Positions 47,642 through 56,770 of a stretch of DNA of 64,000 bases are shown here, in pieces. The notes beneath the pieces are model-generated. The model did not search any database and had not been told where the DNA came from. It was given only the letters and a program-made list of their open reading frames with translations. How positions within the stretch are numbered: position 1 is the stretch's first letter; every line of letters starts with the position of its first letter. The translations under genes were made by a program, and so were the position numbers. This stretch comes from a virus (taxonomy: Duplodnaviria > Caudoviricetes), in the IMG/VR virus record IMGVR_UViG_3300021168_000003, positions 1,954 to 65,953 of that record; one strand, given 5' to 3'.

Positions 47642-49724
47642 GGATCATAGCTCCTCTTTCAAGTATGTCGATAAATGCGGAGATAGTTGTCGCGTCGCCG
47701 CTGGCAATATTCTTCTGTCCAGCAGCGATGTTCTTGAACCCATCCGTAAGCAACTTGCGCAACTGCGCCTGGAACATCTGGTCCGTCTGATCGTCCTTCT
47801 TCTGGTCGTCCTGATCCTGTGCGGCCTGGCGACGAGCGGCTTCGCTGTCACTGACCATAATGTCGTCCATGTCGCGCGAGCGCAGGCGATAGTTCAGCAG
47901 CTTCTTGCTGTCGACGTAGATCTTCTCTTCCGGCGTCAGTGTCTGAGCCAGTTGGTCGGCTTGCTCGCCCTTGATCTCTTTCTGGATCAAGCTCGTCGCG
48001 CCGCGGGCGATCACGTTATAGTCGCCGTTGTGATCCTTAGTCGGGTTGAAGACCTTGTTGAAGGCCAGCATCGACTGGATCACTGACTGTGTGAAGCTGT
48101 CGTAGCCCCTCACCATGTCCTTGAACGGCAGCGCGGCGTTGCCGCGGAGCGCGCTTGCGCCGGACGCGGTGCGCATCGGCTCGCTCGGCAGCTCGGACGG
48201 GTCCGCGCCGTTGGCCGCGGTGACGAAGGTCTCAGTGTCGGCGAACTTCATGCCGAGCGTGATGATCTCCGTCAGCTCTTTCATGTGGCTATCGATCTGG
48301 ACGTTGCGCACGGCCGGCCACTGGGCCGTCACGTCGTTATCATCGCGATACCACATACGGTAAGACCGCAGGCTTGTCAGATCCTGGTCCGCGCGCAGGA
48401 GCGCGGTGTTGAGCTCCAGGTTCGGGCCGCAGGTCACTGATGCGTTGTCGAGCAGCATGCGCGTCGCCGCGCTGACCATCATCTGGCTGTCGCGGATGGC
48501 GTTCGGCAGGCCGAAACCAATCGGCGAAGTATCGTCCTTATCATACAGGAACCAATGAAGCATATTCACGTCGACCTTGAGCTTGGCCCACGGATCGAGT
48601 TTGCAACAGATGATAAAATCGTCGAGGAACCAGACTTCGGCGTCGAGTTCGTCGTTCATCTTGTCGTCGTCGACTTCGCAGCCGCACAACTCTAGCATCC
48701 GGCCGTCAAGTTTGCCGACCCAAACCTTGACCTCATACTTCTGGTTGTCAGGCTTCTGGTCGTTGACGTTGGACCGCACGCCCATGACGCGCAGCTCCCA
48801 CTCATATTCAAGTGGCTTATAGTTGCCAGTCGGATGCGCATCTAGGTACGCATCGATCTGGGTCGGGAAGAAGTCCAAGCGCTTCTTCAGCTTGATCAGC
48901 CCCGACTTGGATAGAACCTTGCGGAGAAAATAGCCGTCCATGCTACCGAAGGTCTTGGCCGTCAGGTCTGGGTAAAAATCCCACACGCTCACGAACTCAA
49001 ACATCGGCTTGTAGGAACTCTTGGCCTTCGGCATCGGGACATCCTGCCCCTCTTCCATCGACCACTCGACCGTCTTGCACTCGACGGCGAACGGGCCGCG
49101 GAGCAGCCCCAGGCCGTACTGAACACCGCTCTGGATGACTTCGCGGTTCAGGGCGATGTAGTCGTAGCTCTGATCGCCGCCGAGCTCCTCGAGCTGGTCA
49201 TCGATGACGCAGCTTAGCTTCTCGGCGCGGTCAGTGAGCATCTCGTGAACCGCAGACATGGCATAGTCGGCGTCAACCGGGCGCGGCTGGATGCCGGCGG
49301 CCTGGTCCGCAGCCTGTTGCTCGGCGATCGCCTGCTTGACGTCGCCCATCGTGATGTTGGACGGCGGGCCCGGCTTAAGCTCCCAATTCCGCTCATTGCC
49401 TGGGAACATCAAATTCATGAGGTGTGAGACGACGGTGATGCACTTGACGCGGGTAATCTTGGGGTAGGCTTTGGACCGGTTAGGGTTCATTGCCTGTTCG
49501 ATTTCTGGGTCGTACACGCCCAAATATTGCCTCTGGTTGCGTAGCCACCGCAGCTCAGCGATGCGCCGCTCCATCCTGTACTGGTCCCACAGCGATATGA
49601 GGCGGAGCGCCAGCATCGTCAGGTTGGCACCAGAAATCTCTTTGACCGGCGCGTCAGCGCTCGCGCCAGGTACAGTGACCGACGGCGGTGCGTTCTCGAT
49701 GATGGCGGGGAGGTTGTCGGCCAA
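47484..49724 (-). CDS. portal protein
   Basis: about 750 aa after terL; WDFYPD, GFGLP..IRDSQ, R.LLDNA, RTASG; TTG start at 49724 preferred over the ORF start at 49778. Confidence 0.8.
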   Translation of the reverse strand: MADNLPAIIENAPPSVTVPGASADAPVKEISGANLTMLALRLISLWDQYRMERRIAELRWLRNQRQYLGVYDPEIEQAMNPNRSKAYPKITRVKCITVVSHLMNLMFPGNERNWELKPGPPSNITMGDVKQAIAEQQAADQAAGIQPRPVDADYAMSAVHEMLTDRAEKLSCVIDDQLEELGGDQSYDYIALNREVIQSGVQYGLGLLRGPFAVECKTVEWSMEEGQDVPMPKAKSSYKPMFEFVSVWDFYPDLTAKTFGSMDGYFLRKVLSKSGLIKLKKRLDFFPTQIDAYLDAHPTGNYKPLEYEWELRVMGVRSNVNDQKPDNQKYEVKVWVGKLDGRMLELCGCEVDDDKMNDELDAEVWFLDDFIICCKLDPWAKLKVDVNMLHWFLYDKDDTSPIGFGLPNAIRDSQMMVSAATRMLLDNASVTCGPNLELNTALLRADQDLTSLRSYRMWYRDDNDVTAQWPAVRNVQIDSHMKELTEIITLGMKFADTETFVTAANGADPSELPSEPMRTASGASALRGNAALPFKDMVRGYDSFTQSVIQSMLAFNKVFNPTKDHNGDYNVIARGATSLIQKEIKGEQADQLAQTLTPEEKIYVDSKKLLNYRLRSRDMDDIMVSDSEAARRQAAQDQDDQKKDDQTDQMFQAQLRKLLTDGFKNIAAGQKNIASGDATTISAFIDILERGAMIHGAVPQPQLPGPTIDGTANPQGPDGSLGGGDPQGAGPQPGDNGPPAAPSPQV

Positions 49725-49734
49725 GTCAGTGCTC

Positions 49735-50277
49735 TCACAGGTCGGCAGGAGTGTGTTTCGTACCACAGTCAGGGACACTGAGATAGGCCTCTACGCGATC
49801 GCGTATCAAACGGAGATGCTCGTATCCACCTAGTGCGGTGTTGCAGCGATGACATAATATCCCACGCACTTTGCCCGTCGAATGGTCGTGGTCAGTGTGC
49901 CAATTCCTGCCGGTGGTCGTCGTAGATAGACAAATCGCACACCTACCTCCCTGTGCCGAAAACAATTTACCCCACTCAACTATAGTAAGGCCGTAAGTTT
50001 GTTTTAACTTACAGGCTCGTATCGTTTCAGGGTTACGTGCGGTATAGGCCCTAGCTTTCGCATTCACCATATCTCGATTACGTACGCGATAGTCTTTGAC
50101 TTTAGCGTTCACCTCTGCGCGGTTCCGGTCCACATAGTCGGCTCGCCGCTTGAGATAGCACGGCTTACAGTCCGGGTGATACCTCTCTTTAGCTGTGCCC
50201 TTGTGGACACAGTAAAACATATCAAACGACTTCTCATCTTTGCATTTAGTACAGGTTTTCATTCCCTCACCGGCCAT
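49735..50277 (-). CDS. endonuclease VII-type HNH homing endonuclease
   Basis: CTKC...CKPC, Q.GRCAIC, DHDHSTGKVRGILCHRCN. Confidence 0.88.
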   Translation of the reverse strand: MAGEGMKTCTKCKDEKSFDMFYCVHKGTAKERYHPDCKPCYLKRRADYVDRNRAEVNAKVKDYRVRNRDMVNAKARAYTARNPETIRACKLKQTYGLTIVEWGKLFSAQGGRCAICLSTTTTGRNWHTDHDHSTGKVRGILCHRCNTALGGYEHLRLIRDRVEAYLSVPDCGTKHTPADL

Positions 50278-51829
50278 GATATTCGTTAACGTTATATTTT
50301 TCTGGTGTGAACAGCCTCCTGCCGCCAGCCTCCTGGAGCACAACCCCTTTGTGAAAGAAACGAAGGCCATACCCTCCAGCATCGCCAACGTGGGTCCATT
50401 GATTATCTTCTGGGCTTGCACCTTTTATTTCGTCCTTACGGACGTCAATACCAAATCGCCAGCCACCTTTTAGCGCTCTAATAAGATTAGGACATTGACC
50501 ACCGTCAATTTGAAGTTTTTGGCCCCCCTCAACTTGGTTCGTGAGGTAGTGATCGTAAGCATTGATGCGCAGCGGCATCCTGTTATTCGTCTCGGTCCAA
50601 GTACCGTGCGGGTAATATTTCTTGAAAGTCATCCGTACGCGTTTCTCATCATTATCGTTGCGGATCATCGACGCAGGATCGAGCGAAAACATCAGGCGCG
50701 CGCCTGGAAACCGTTCGGCGACGTACGGCTGGACGCGTTCCTTGATCAGCCGCTCTGCGCCCATGCCTCGCTGTACGAGTTCGCCTAGGATGTTGACGCG
50801 GCCGTTCCACGCTTGCTGCATGAAGACGAAGGCAGAGCCCCCAAGACCGGGGTCAGTGCCAACCACTAGGGTCTTACGCCGGTCGAACGGTAATGGAGTC
50901 AGCGAGACATGCTTGTCCGCGTAAAACGTGCCGATGACAGGCGTTCCTGCAGCTGAAAAGCCCCATTCGGCGTCGATATATTGCTTGACCCAGCCCAACG
51001 ATTTGCCTTTGGCAAGGTTGGTGTAGTAGGAGCGTTTGCCTGGCAGGTTCTCTAGGTTCTCCGCGTCCTTCGAAAAGCCTGATGGCTGGATATAATACCA
51101 CGCGTTATTGACGTGCGTGACGTTGCCATCTTCGTCGGTCTTAGTCGCGGTGTCCTTAGCGAAGCCTAATAGCCTTTGGCAGGCTTCTTGAGCCGCATCA
51201 TCGTGCGGGAACGTGACCGGGATGCACCCTACGCGCTCGCCAGTCTCGTTATCGACTGTGCTGTGCAAGTAATCATACCACCAAAGGTCTTCTGTACCTG
51301 GGTTAGACTGTCCCCACATCCCCCAGTTGGTGACTGCGACGCCGCCGGGGGGCTTGTAGCGGCCGAGACGGCCTGACAGACCCTCCACGATCGCCTTAGG
51401 CACCTCGCGGAACTCGTCGATGATGGCGAAGGTGACCTCGAGGCCGAGCACGCGGACCACGTCGGCTGGGGTATCAAGAGGCCTGAAGAGGACTTCGCAG
51501 CAGACGTCACCGAAGCGCAGGGTGAACCGCTTGTCTGAGGCGTGCCACTCGCCGAACTCGCCGTCCTTGAACCAGTAATTCCAGCTAACCAACGTGCTGT
51601 CGGTGAGCTGTGGGTTGGTGTTACGGACGACGACGGCGCGGGTGTAGCGAATGCCGTCTGGCGACGGCTCCTGCATGGACGCCATGTAGCATAGCTTGAA
51701 GAATGCCGCGGTGGTCTTCGCGGAACCGAAGGGGCCGACGATCCAGTCGTAGAAGAGCTCACCCTTGAGGTGGCGCTTCATGAAGGCTTTGGCTATGGGA
51801 GGGGGTGTGTAGTCGATTACTGAAGGCAT
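50267..51829 (-). CDS. terL: terminase large subunit
   Basis: GPFGSAKT Walker A, VVRNT..QL, FAIIDE Walker B, SNP, GTDPG, HVGDA. Confidence 0.9.
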   Translation of the reverse strand: MPSVIDYTPPPIAKAFMKRHLKGELFYDWIVGPFGSAKTTAAFFKLCYMASMQEPSPDGIRYTRAVVVRNTNPQLTDSTLVSWNYWFKDGEFGEWHASDKRFTLRFGDVCCEVLFRPLDTPADVVRVLGLEVTFAIIDEFREVPKAIVEGLSGRLGRYKPPGGVAVTNWGMWGQSNPGTEDLWWYDYLHSTVDNETGERVGCIPVTFPHDDAAQEACQRLLGFAKDTATKTDEDGNVTHVNNAWYYIQPSGFSKDAENLENLPGKRSYYTNLAKGKSLGWVKQYIDAEWGFSAAGTPVIGTFYADKHVSLTPLPFDRRKTLVVGTDPGLGGSAFVFMQQAWNGRVNILGELVQRGMGAERLIKERVQPYVAERFPGARLMFSLDPASMIRNDNDEKRVRMTFKKYYPHGTWTETNNRMPLRINAYDHYLTNQVEGGQKLQIDGGQCPNLIRALKGGWRFGIDVRKDEIKGASPEDNQWTHVGDAGGYGLRFFHKGVVLQEAGGRRLFTPEKYNVNEYHGR

Positions 51830-52473
51830 ATCAAGCCTTCCGGGATGATCTGCCACCCATACTTACGCCCAGGCGCACCAGGTGGTGCGTAGGTCCACAC
51901 CAGGATGTGACCGGCTGGCAACACTGGCAGACCACTGGCCTTCGCTCCGAACTCAGACAGGAGCGGGCGCGCGCCGAGGAACCGGGCGACGTCTTCCGAG
52001 CATCGGATCATGACAGGGAGAAGGGTCACTGACACACATCCAGATAATCGAGGATCGCCTTCGTGGGGTCGATCTGATCGTCTGTGTGATCACCTAGTGC
52101 TAACTCACCCTCCATCCGCACCAGCGCTCGCTGCATGTGTTTGATGCTGTGCTCAGCACACGAGATCGCACCTTGCAGATGCTTGATGGCCTTGCGGCGG
52201 TTATACTGCGACGGGTTAGGCTCCCCGCTATCAGGGGTGGGGTCATCTGGCCCTGGCCGGAGTTTGTAGCTCATACGTCAGCATCTGGTTTGAAACGTAG
52301 GCCACGGTCGTCGAGGATGATGTCGACGTGGCGACCGTCAGGTGCGTGCCAAGCCACGAACTCGATGAAGCGGAGGAACAAGTCCCACGCCTCGTCGCGG
52401 AAGATCGTGATGTCATCACACTCGCAGAGCTGATCCCTCAGTTCGGGGGTGACTACGGCTGTGGCGATGCCCA

Positions 52474-53112
52474 TCAGAAGTGGTGGCCGGAACGGCACGC
52501 CTCTTGGCCGGAGACCATGAAATTCACTGCGCCACGGGCTTGCTTGTTCGTGGACTCAGTGATGATACCGAGGATGCGCCCATAGGCGTCGTAGACCGGC
52601 CCACCGGAGTTGCCTGGGGTGATCACGGCGCTGATCGGCACCTCATCGGCGTCGTCGGTCGTGCGTCCGACACCCGCGACCACGCCAGTGGTGTGGACGA
52701 ACGTGAACCCGTAGGGGTTGCCGACGACCTCGATCGGCTCACCGATCTGTGGGGCGCGACAGGACAGTGTAGCACTCTGCGCGTTGATCTCACCAGTCAG
52801 GTGGTAGGCTGCGATGTCGGCCGTCGGTGACTGCCACTCCAAAAATGCGTCGATCGCCGGGCCCGGCTTGCCGTGCTGATCCAGTACGACCCGGGCGTTT
52901 TTGAACTCGTCGCCGGTGCAGTGCTTCGCCGTCAGGACCGTACCGTGGCCGATGTAGACGCCGCTGCAAATTCCGGGGGAGCCGTCCTCGGTCGTCAAAA
53001 GGATCTCAACGTCCGAGGAGGGTAGGCGACTGTTGACGTGCCTGTCAACGAAGGCCCCTCCTAGAAGTGTGCCTGCCAATAGAGTGGCTAGGATACCAAC
53101 AACCCTGCTCAT
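52474..53112 (-). CDS. trypsin-like serine protease with signal peptide
   Basis: LTAKHC, DIA and GNSGGP catalytic triad motifs; hydrophobic N-terminus. Confidence 0.85.
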   Translation of the reverse strand: MSRVVGILATLLAGTLLGGAFVDRHVNSRLPSSDVEILLTTEDGSPGICSGVYIGHGTVLTAKHCTGDEFKNARVVLDQHGKPGPAIDAFLEWQSPTADIAAYHLTGEINAQSATLSCRAPQIGEPIEVVGNPYGFTFVHTTGVVAGVGRTTDDADEVPISAVITPGNSGGPVYDAYGRILGIITESTNKQARGAVNFMVSGQEACRSGHHF

Positions 53113-53121
53113 TTAAGTCAC

Positions 53122-53304
53122 TCACTTCTTCGGTGGTACCATGCCTTTACCGGGCTTGGCGGCGGGAAACTTCTTGCCTTCAGCTTTGTCCGCGGACACG
53201 AACTCCTGACCCACTGACTGTGGGATGCCCACTTTCTTGGCAAACGCTGGATTGTGTTTCACAGCCTGCATCAGATGCTCCTGGGCTGGTGACTTGTCCG
53301 GCAT
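53122..53304 (-). CDS. small basic phage protein
   Basis: MPDKSPAQ.HLM.AV.HNP.FAKKVGIPQSVG.EF. Confidence 0.6.
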   Translation of the reverse strand: MPDKSPAQEHLMQAVKHNPAFAKKVGIPQSVGQEFVSADKAEGKKFPAAKPGKGMVPPKK

Positions 53305-53498
53305 TGCAAAGCTCCCACCAACCAATGCCCACCATGGCCCACACGAAACACCAGAGAAGCCAGGCGACCAGCAGCGACTGGCTCTGGAGCATCTTCTCCT
53401 GGTCCGTCAAAGCAGCGACTTCTCGATCTGGACGAGTACGACAAGCATCAGTCCAACGCCGACACAGATGCCGGCGAGGAAGTAGGCGGCGTGCGCTA

Positions 53499-53759
53499 TC
53501 ACAACTTCTTCTCGATGGCGGCGATCGCCGCGAGAGCCTCGGCTCCTAGGCCCTTAGCCGCGGACGCACCGATCTTGGCTGCGTCGACCATGGCCTGCTG
53601 CTCAACTGGTGCAGCCTGGGCCTTAAGCTCGGCGACCGTGTGCGGCAGAGCGACCCTGGCTCGCGCGAGGAGGTACCTGCCGATGCACCCGCCGCTAACA
53701 AACGCGATGGCGTGCGTGCCAACAGTGCTGGTGAGCAGCGAGAAAATGAACGAGAGCAT
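53499..53759 (-). CDS. small membrane protein
   Basis: hydrophobic N-terminus; promoter TTGCAG-17-TATATG upstream. Confidence 0.45.
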   Translation of the reverse strand: MLSFIFSLLTSTVGTHAIAFVSGGCIGRYLLARARVALPHTVAELKAQAAPVEQQAMVDAAKIGASAAKGLGAEALAAIAAIEKKL

Positions 53760-54861
53760 GCGAGTTCTCCAGTCAGTGAAGACCTGACCCCATATAGCGC
53801 AGAGGTCAGTGTCCTGCAAGGGTCAATAGTCCAAGATCTCCAGCCCAAGAGCCAGCATCTTGTCCTTGGTCGCGGCGTTGAACGATGTCACTGACGCGAG
53901 AGCCTTGGACCAATCGGAGAAGGTCACGCAGACGACGCCCCTGAACGTGGTGACGCGGACCAGCCGGTCCTCATCTCGCTCGGCCTCCGACCGTTCGATC
54001 TTGATCACACGAAACCCCAGAATTGCTGAACCAGTAGGCCACAGTAGATGGCGTAGTCGGACGGTGTGAGCCAGACGACAGTGTCGTTGGGCAGCGTGAT
54101 CGGGTAGTAGCCGATCATTTCAGTGTCCTTTCGTGAAAATCGGGGGCCGGGGCTGCGCGAAGCACGTGTACCCGACCCCCTAAAACCCTGACCGGCGGTC
54201 AGAACTCCCGTATTGGAAAGAACTCGCGGAGTTGCCGCGGCGGGTTTATTGCAGTGTCGCCCCTGTGATCTGGCGCTCTAGCAGCGCCATCCTGGCCTCG
54301 GCGTCCTGGGTCAGCGACCAAATCAAGAACTCGACGACGGGGCTGGACGGTGGCAGCGGCAGAGGCAGCTCCATCTGCTCGGGCTCATCGGTCACTTGCG
54401 GCCTCCCTTGCCCATCTTGCCAGCCTTGCTGAGACGCTGGGCCTCGGCCTGCTGCGCCGCTGCCTTACCCTTGGGCTTCCAGGCTTGGATCAGTTTGCGC
54501 CGCTTGGCGCGGGTCTGTGCGACGCTCATGTCAATCCTCCAGAAAGCCGTGGCGGGTGCCTGTCATGCCGTGGAAGTCAGTGTGGTCGCCGGGCGGCGTC
54601 GGGATGAGGGAGAGCTGGTGGCGGATCTCGCGCAGCATCTCCTTGCTGACCGGGATGGGCCAGGCCTCCGGCGCGCTGTCGATGGCGAGCATGTTGTCGA
54701 TCATTGGGATCAGGTTCATGGCGTCACCGGCATTCTGCCCTTCTGGGCGGCTAGGACGAGGTCCAGTGTCTTCTGGAGCTCGGCGTTCTGCTCCCTAAGA
54801 CTTATGATCTCGGCGACGAGCTTACCGATCAGGCTCATCGTGGCCTTGGCGAGTTCAGGGT

Positions 54862-55560
54862 TCACGGCGATGTGAACGAGTTGATGGTGAGGGTGCCGGT
54901 GCCGGTCTTGCAGTAGAGCCCGTGCCCGGCCGCGTTGCCGCCGCCGAGGACGAAGCCGACCTGGGCAAGGTTGGCGAGGGTGTCGACGAACTGCGCGTTG
55001 GTGCCTGGCGGCGGCCCCTGCACGTCGCTCCAGTGGGCGATCGTCAGCGGGACGGTGAGCGTGTGGGTGCCGGCCGTCATCGGCCCGCGGATGCTGGAGT
55101 ACCAGCGGTAGGAAAAGACCGTTAGGGCGGCGTCGCCTGTGTGCTCCAGCAGGAGCGTCAGCTGCGGCGGGTCACCGGCTGTGTTGCCCATCTCAGTGTC
55201 GAAGCCCAGCACGCAGTCACCAGCCACCGTGTAGTTGACCGTGATCGACATGTTGAGCGCTATGGGCGTGCGGGTCACGTAGTCGACGTGGTTGCACGGG
55301 CCGGGAGCGTTCGTCAGGTTGTTGGACACTGGCTGCGGACACGCGCCGCCCATCGGGAAGTTGATGGTGATGGCCCCGTCAGCGGCGATCGCCGGCTCGG
55401 CTGGCATGCCCGGGCTGTACCGGATGGTCCAGGGGTTGGCAGGCAGCGCCGGCTCGGTCGAGATGGGGAGTTCGACCGGGGCTGGTGTCGAGTTGTCTGA
55501 GTTGCACGCAGCGAGCGCGAGCAGTGGTGTGGCGGCGAGCAGTGTGTATGCGATGCGCAT
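54862..55560 (-). CDS. lipoprotein, beta-rich
   Basis: signal peptide with LAAC lipobox. Confidence 0.65.
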   Translation of the reverse strand: MRIAYTLLAATPLLALAACNSDNSTPAPVELPISTEPALPANPWTIRYSPGMPAEPAIAADGAITINFPMGGACPQPVSNNLTNAPGPCNHVDYVTRTPIALNMSITVNYTVAGDCVLGFDTEMGNTAGDPPQLTLLLEHTGDAALTVFSYRWYSSIRGPMTAGTHTLTVPLTIAHWSDVQGPPPGTNAQFVDTLANLAQVGFVLGGGNAAGHGLYCKTGTGTLTINSFTSP

Positions 55561-55563
55561 GGA

Positions 55564-56001
55564 TCACCCTAGGTTGATATTGATCACGGCTTGGACCGTG
55601 GATGAGCCAGCCTTGCCGGCGGCTGCGCCCTTCTGGTCGATCGAGGCGTCGAGGCCCGCGATGCGCACCACGAACTTGAGCAGGTCCGCTCGGACGTTCG
55701 AAGGGACCACGTTGGGGTTCTCCTCGGACGCCATGGTGTGGATGTCTTTGAGCAGCACCTCGGCCATCGTCTTGGCCTTCATCCGGAAGCTGCCGCCCTC
55801 GGACGCCGCCATGTCACGGGCTTCCTTGCAGGCCTGCAGGAAGACCCTGTTGTGCTTGAGGCGCTCCCAGTCGTCCTGAGCGAGGCCGTACTCCTCGAGG
55901 AGCTGCTTCGGCGTCCCATTGCCCAGCGCGAGCTCGACCGGGAGCATGGGCGGGAAGCCCAAGTCGCTAGGGTCCTTGTCGACTAGGGCGGGCAAGTTCA
56001 T
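55564..56001 (-). CDS. terS: terminase small subunit (putative)
   Basis: helical HTH-like N-terminus, FRMKAK..AE.LL, C-terminal ININLG. Confidence 0.6.
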   Translation of the reverse strand: MNLPALVDKDPSDLGFPPMLPVELALGNGTPKQLLEEYGLAQDDWERLKHNRVFLQACKEARDMAASEGGSFRMKAKTMAEVLLKDIHTMASEENPNVVPSNVRADLLKFVVRIAGLDASIDQKGAAAGKAGSSTVQAVININLG

Positions 56002-56378
56002 CAGAGCTTGGAGAGCCCGAGGATCAGCTTGTCGAGGATGCGATCCTTGAGGGTGAGAGGGCGATCCTCAAGCCGGGCGATGCGGGAGTAGACGTCGCAG
56101 AGGTCGCGGTCGAGCGCGTTGAACTTGTCGTAAAGCTCAGTGGTGCGGTCCTGGGTAGTCTCCCAGATCTTCTCGCCGCGTTTGTGGCGCTCCCATAGGT
56201 CGTCGATGCGGCCCTTGATCTGATCGATGTGTCCTTGCCCCAGCGGATTGCCCGGGCCTGGGATAAAGCCAAGCTCGACCTCGATCGCGTGGAGGCGCTT
56301 CAAGATGTCCACATCGAGGGAGCGGTGGAAGGCTGAGTCCGGGTGGGAGGGTGCCGTACACCCAGGATAGTCACACAT
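56001..56378 (-). CDS. hypothetical coiled-coil protein
   Basis: coupled ORF. Confidence 0.45.
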   Translation of the reverse strand: MCDYPGCTAPSHPDSAFHRSLDVDILKRLHAIEVELGFIPGPGNPLGQGHIDQIKGRIDDLWERHKRGEKIWETTQDRTTELYDKFNALDRDLCDVYSRIARLEDRPLTLKDRILDKLILGLSKL

Positions 56379-56379
56379 G

Positions 56380-56616
56380 TCAGTCCTTCCAGGTGATCGC
56401 TTTGACGGCCCACATCTGCGCGGTCTGGGCCTCGGTGATGGCGATCGAGAAGAGGCGCGCGCGTTCCGGTGTGTCGTAACCGGCGAACGCCTGAGCGCGC
56501 TGTTCGTCGCAGAAGTCGATGATCTCGGCGTAGAGCCGCTTGACCCTGTCGACCGCGCTGTCATTCGATGGGTTGAACGAAAGGCCGACCGCCTTCTCTC
56601 CGTATGTCTGGGTCAT
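56380..56616 (-). CDS. Acb2/Tad1-like helical-hairpin protein (candidate anti-defence nucleotide sponge)
   Basis: VGLSFNPS..VDRVK..AEIID...RLFSIAITEAQTAQMWAVKA. Confidence 0.5.
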   Translation of the reverse strand: MTQTYGEKAVGLSFNPSNDSAVDRVKRLYAEIIDFCDEQRAQAFAGYDTPERARLFSIAITEAQTAQMWAVKAITWKD

Positions 56617-56640
56617 CTCAGTGTACCGTTTGAGTTGGGT

Positions 56641-56732
56641 AAAAAAGTGGGGGCTAGCGTCGACGCACTTAAGCGAGCGCGGCCAGCCCCCAAGTCGGGG
56701 GGAGGAACAGCGCCGGGAGTCTAAGTCGGCGC
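56641..56732 (-). ncRNA. candidate small RNA or attenuator leader with anti-SD-like tract
   Basis: promoter TTGACG-17-TATCTC (56767-56739); 5' hairpin GCGCCG/CGGCGC; single-stranded UGUUCCUCCCCCC; terminator hairpin plus U6. Confidence 0.55.
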
Positions 56733-56770
56733 AGCACTGAGATAGGACGTCAGTGTCCTGACGTCAAGGG

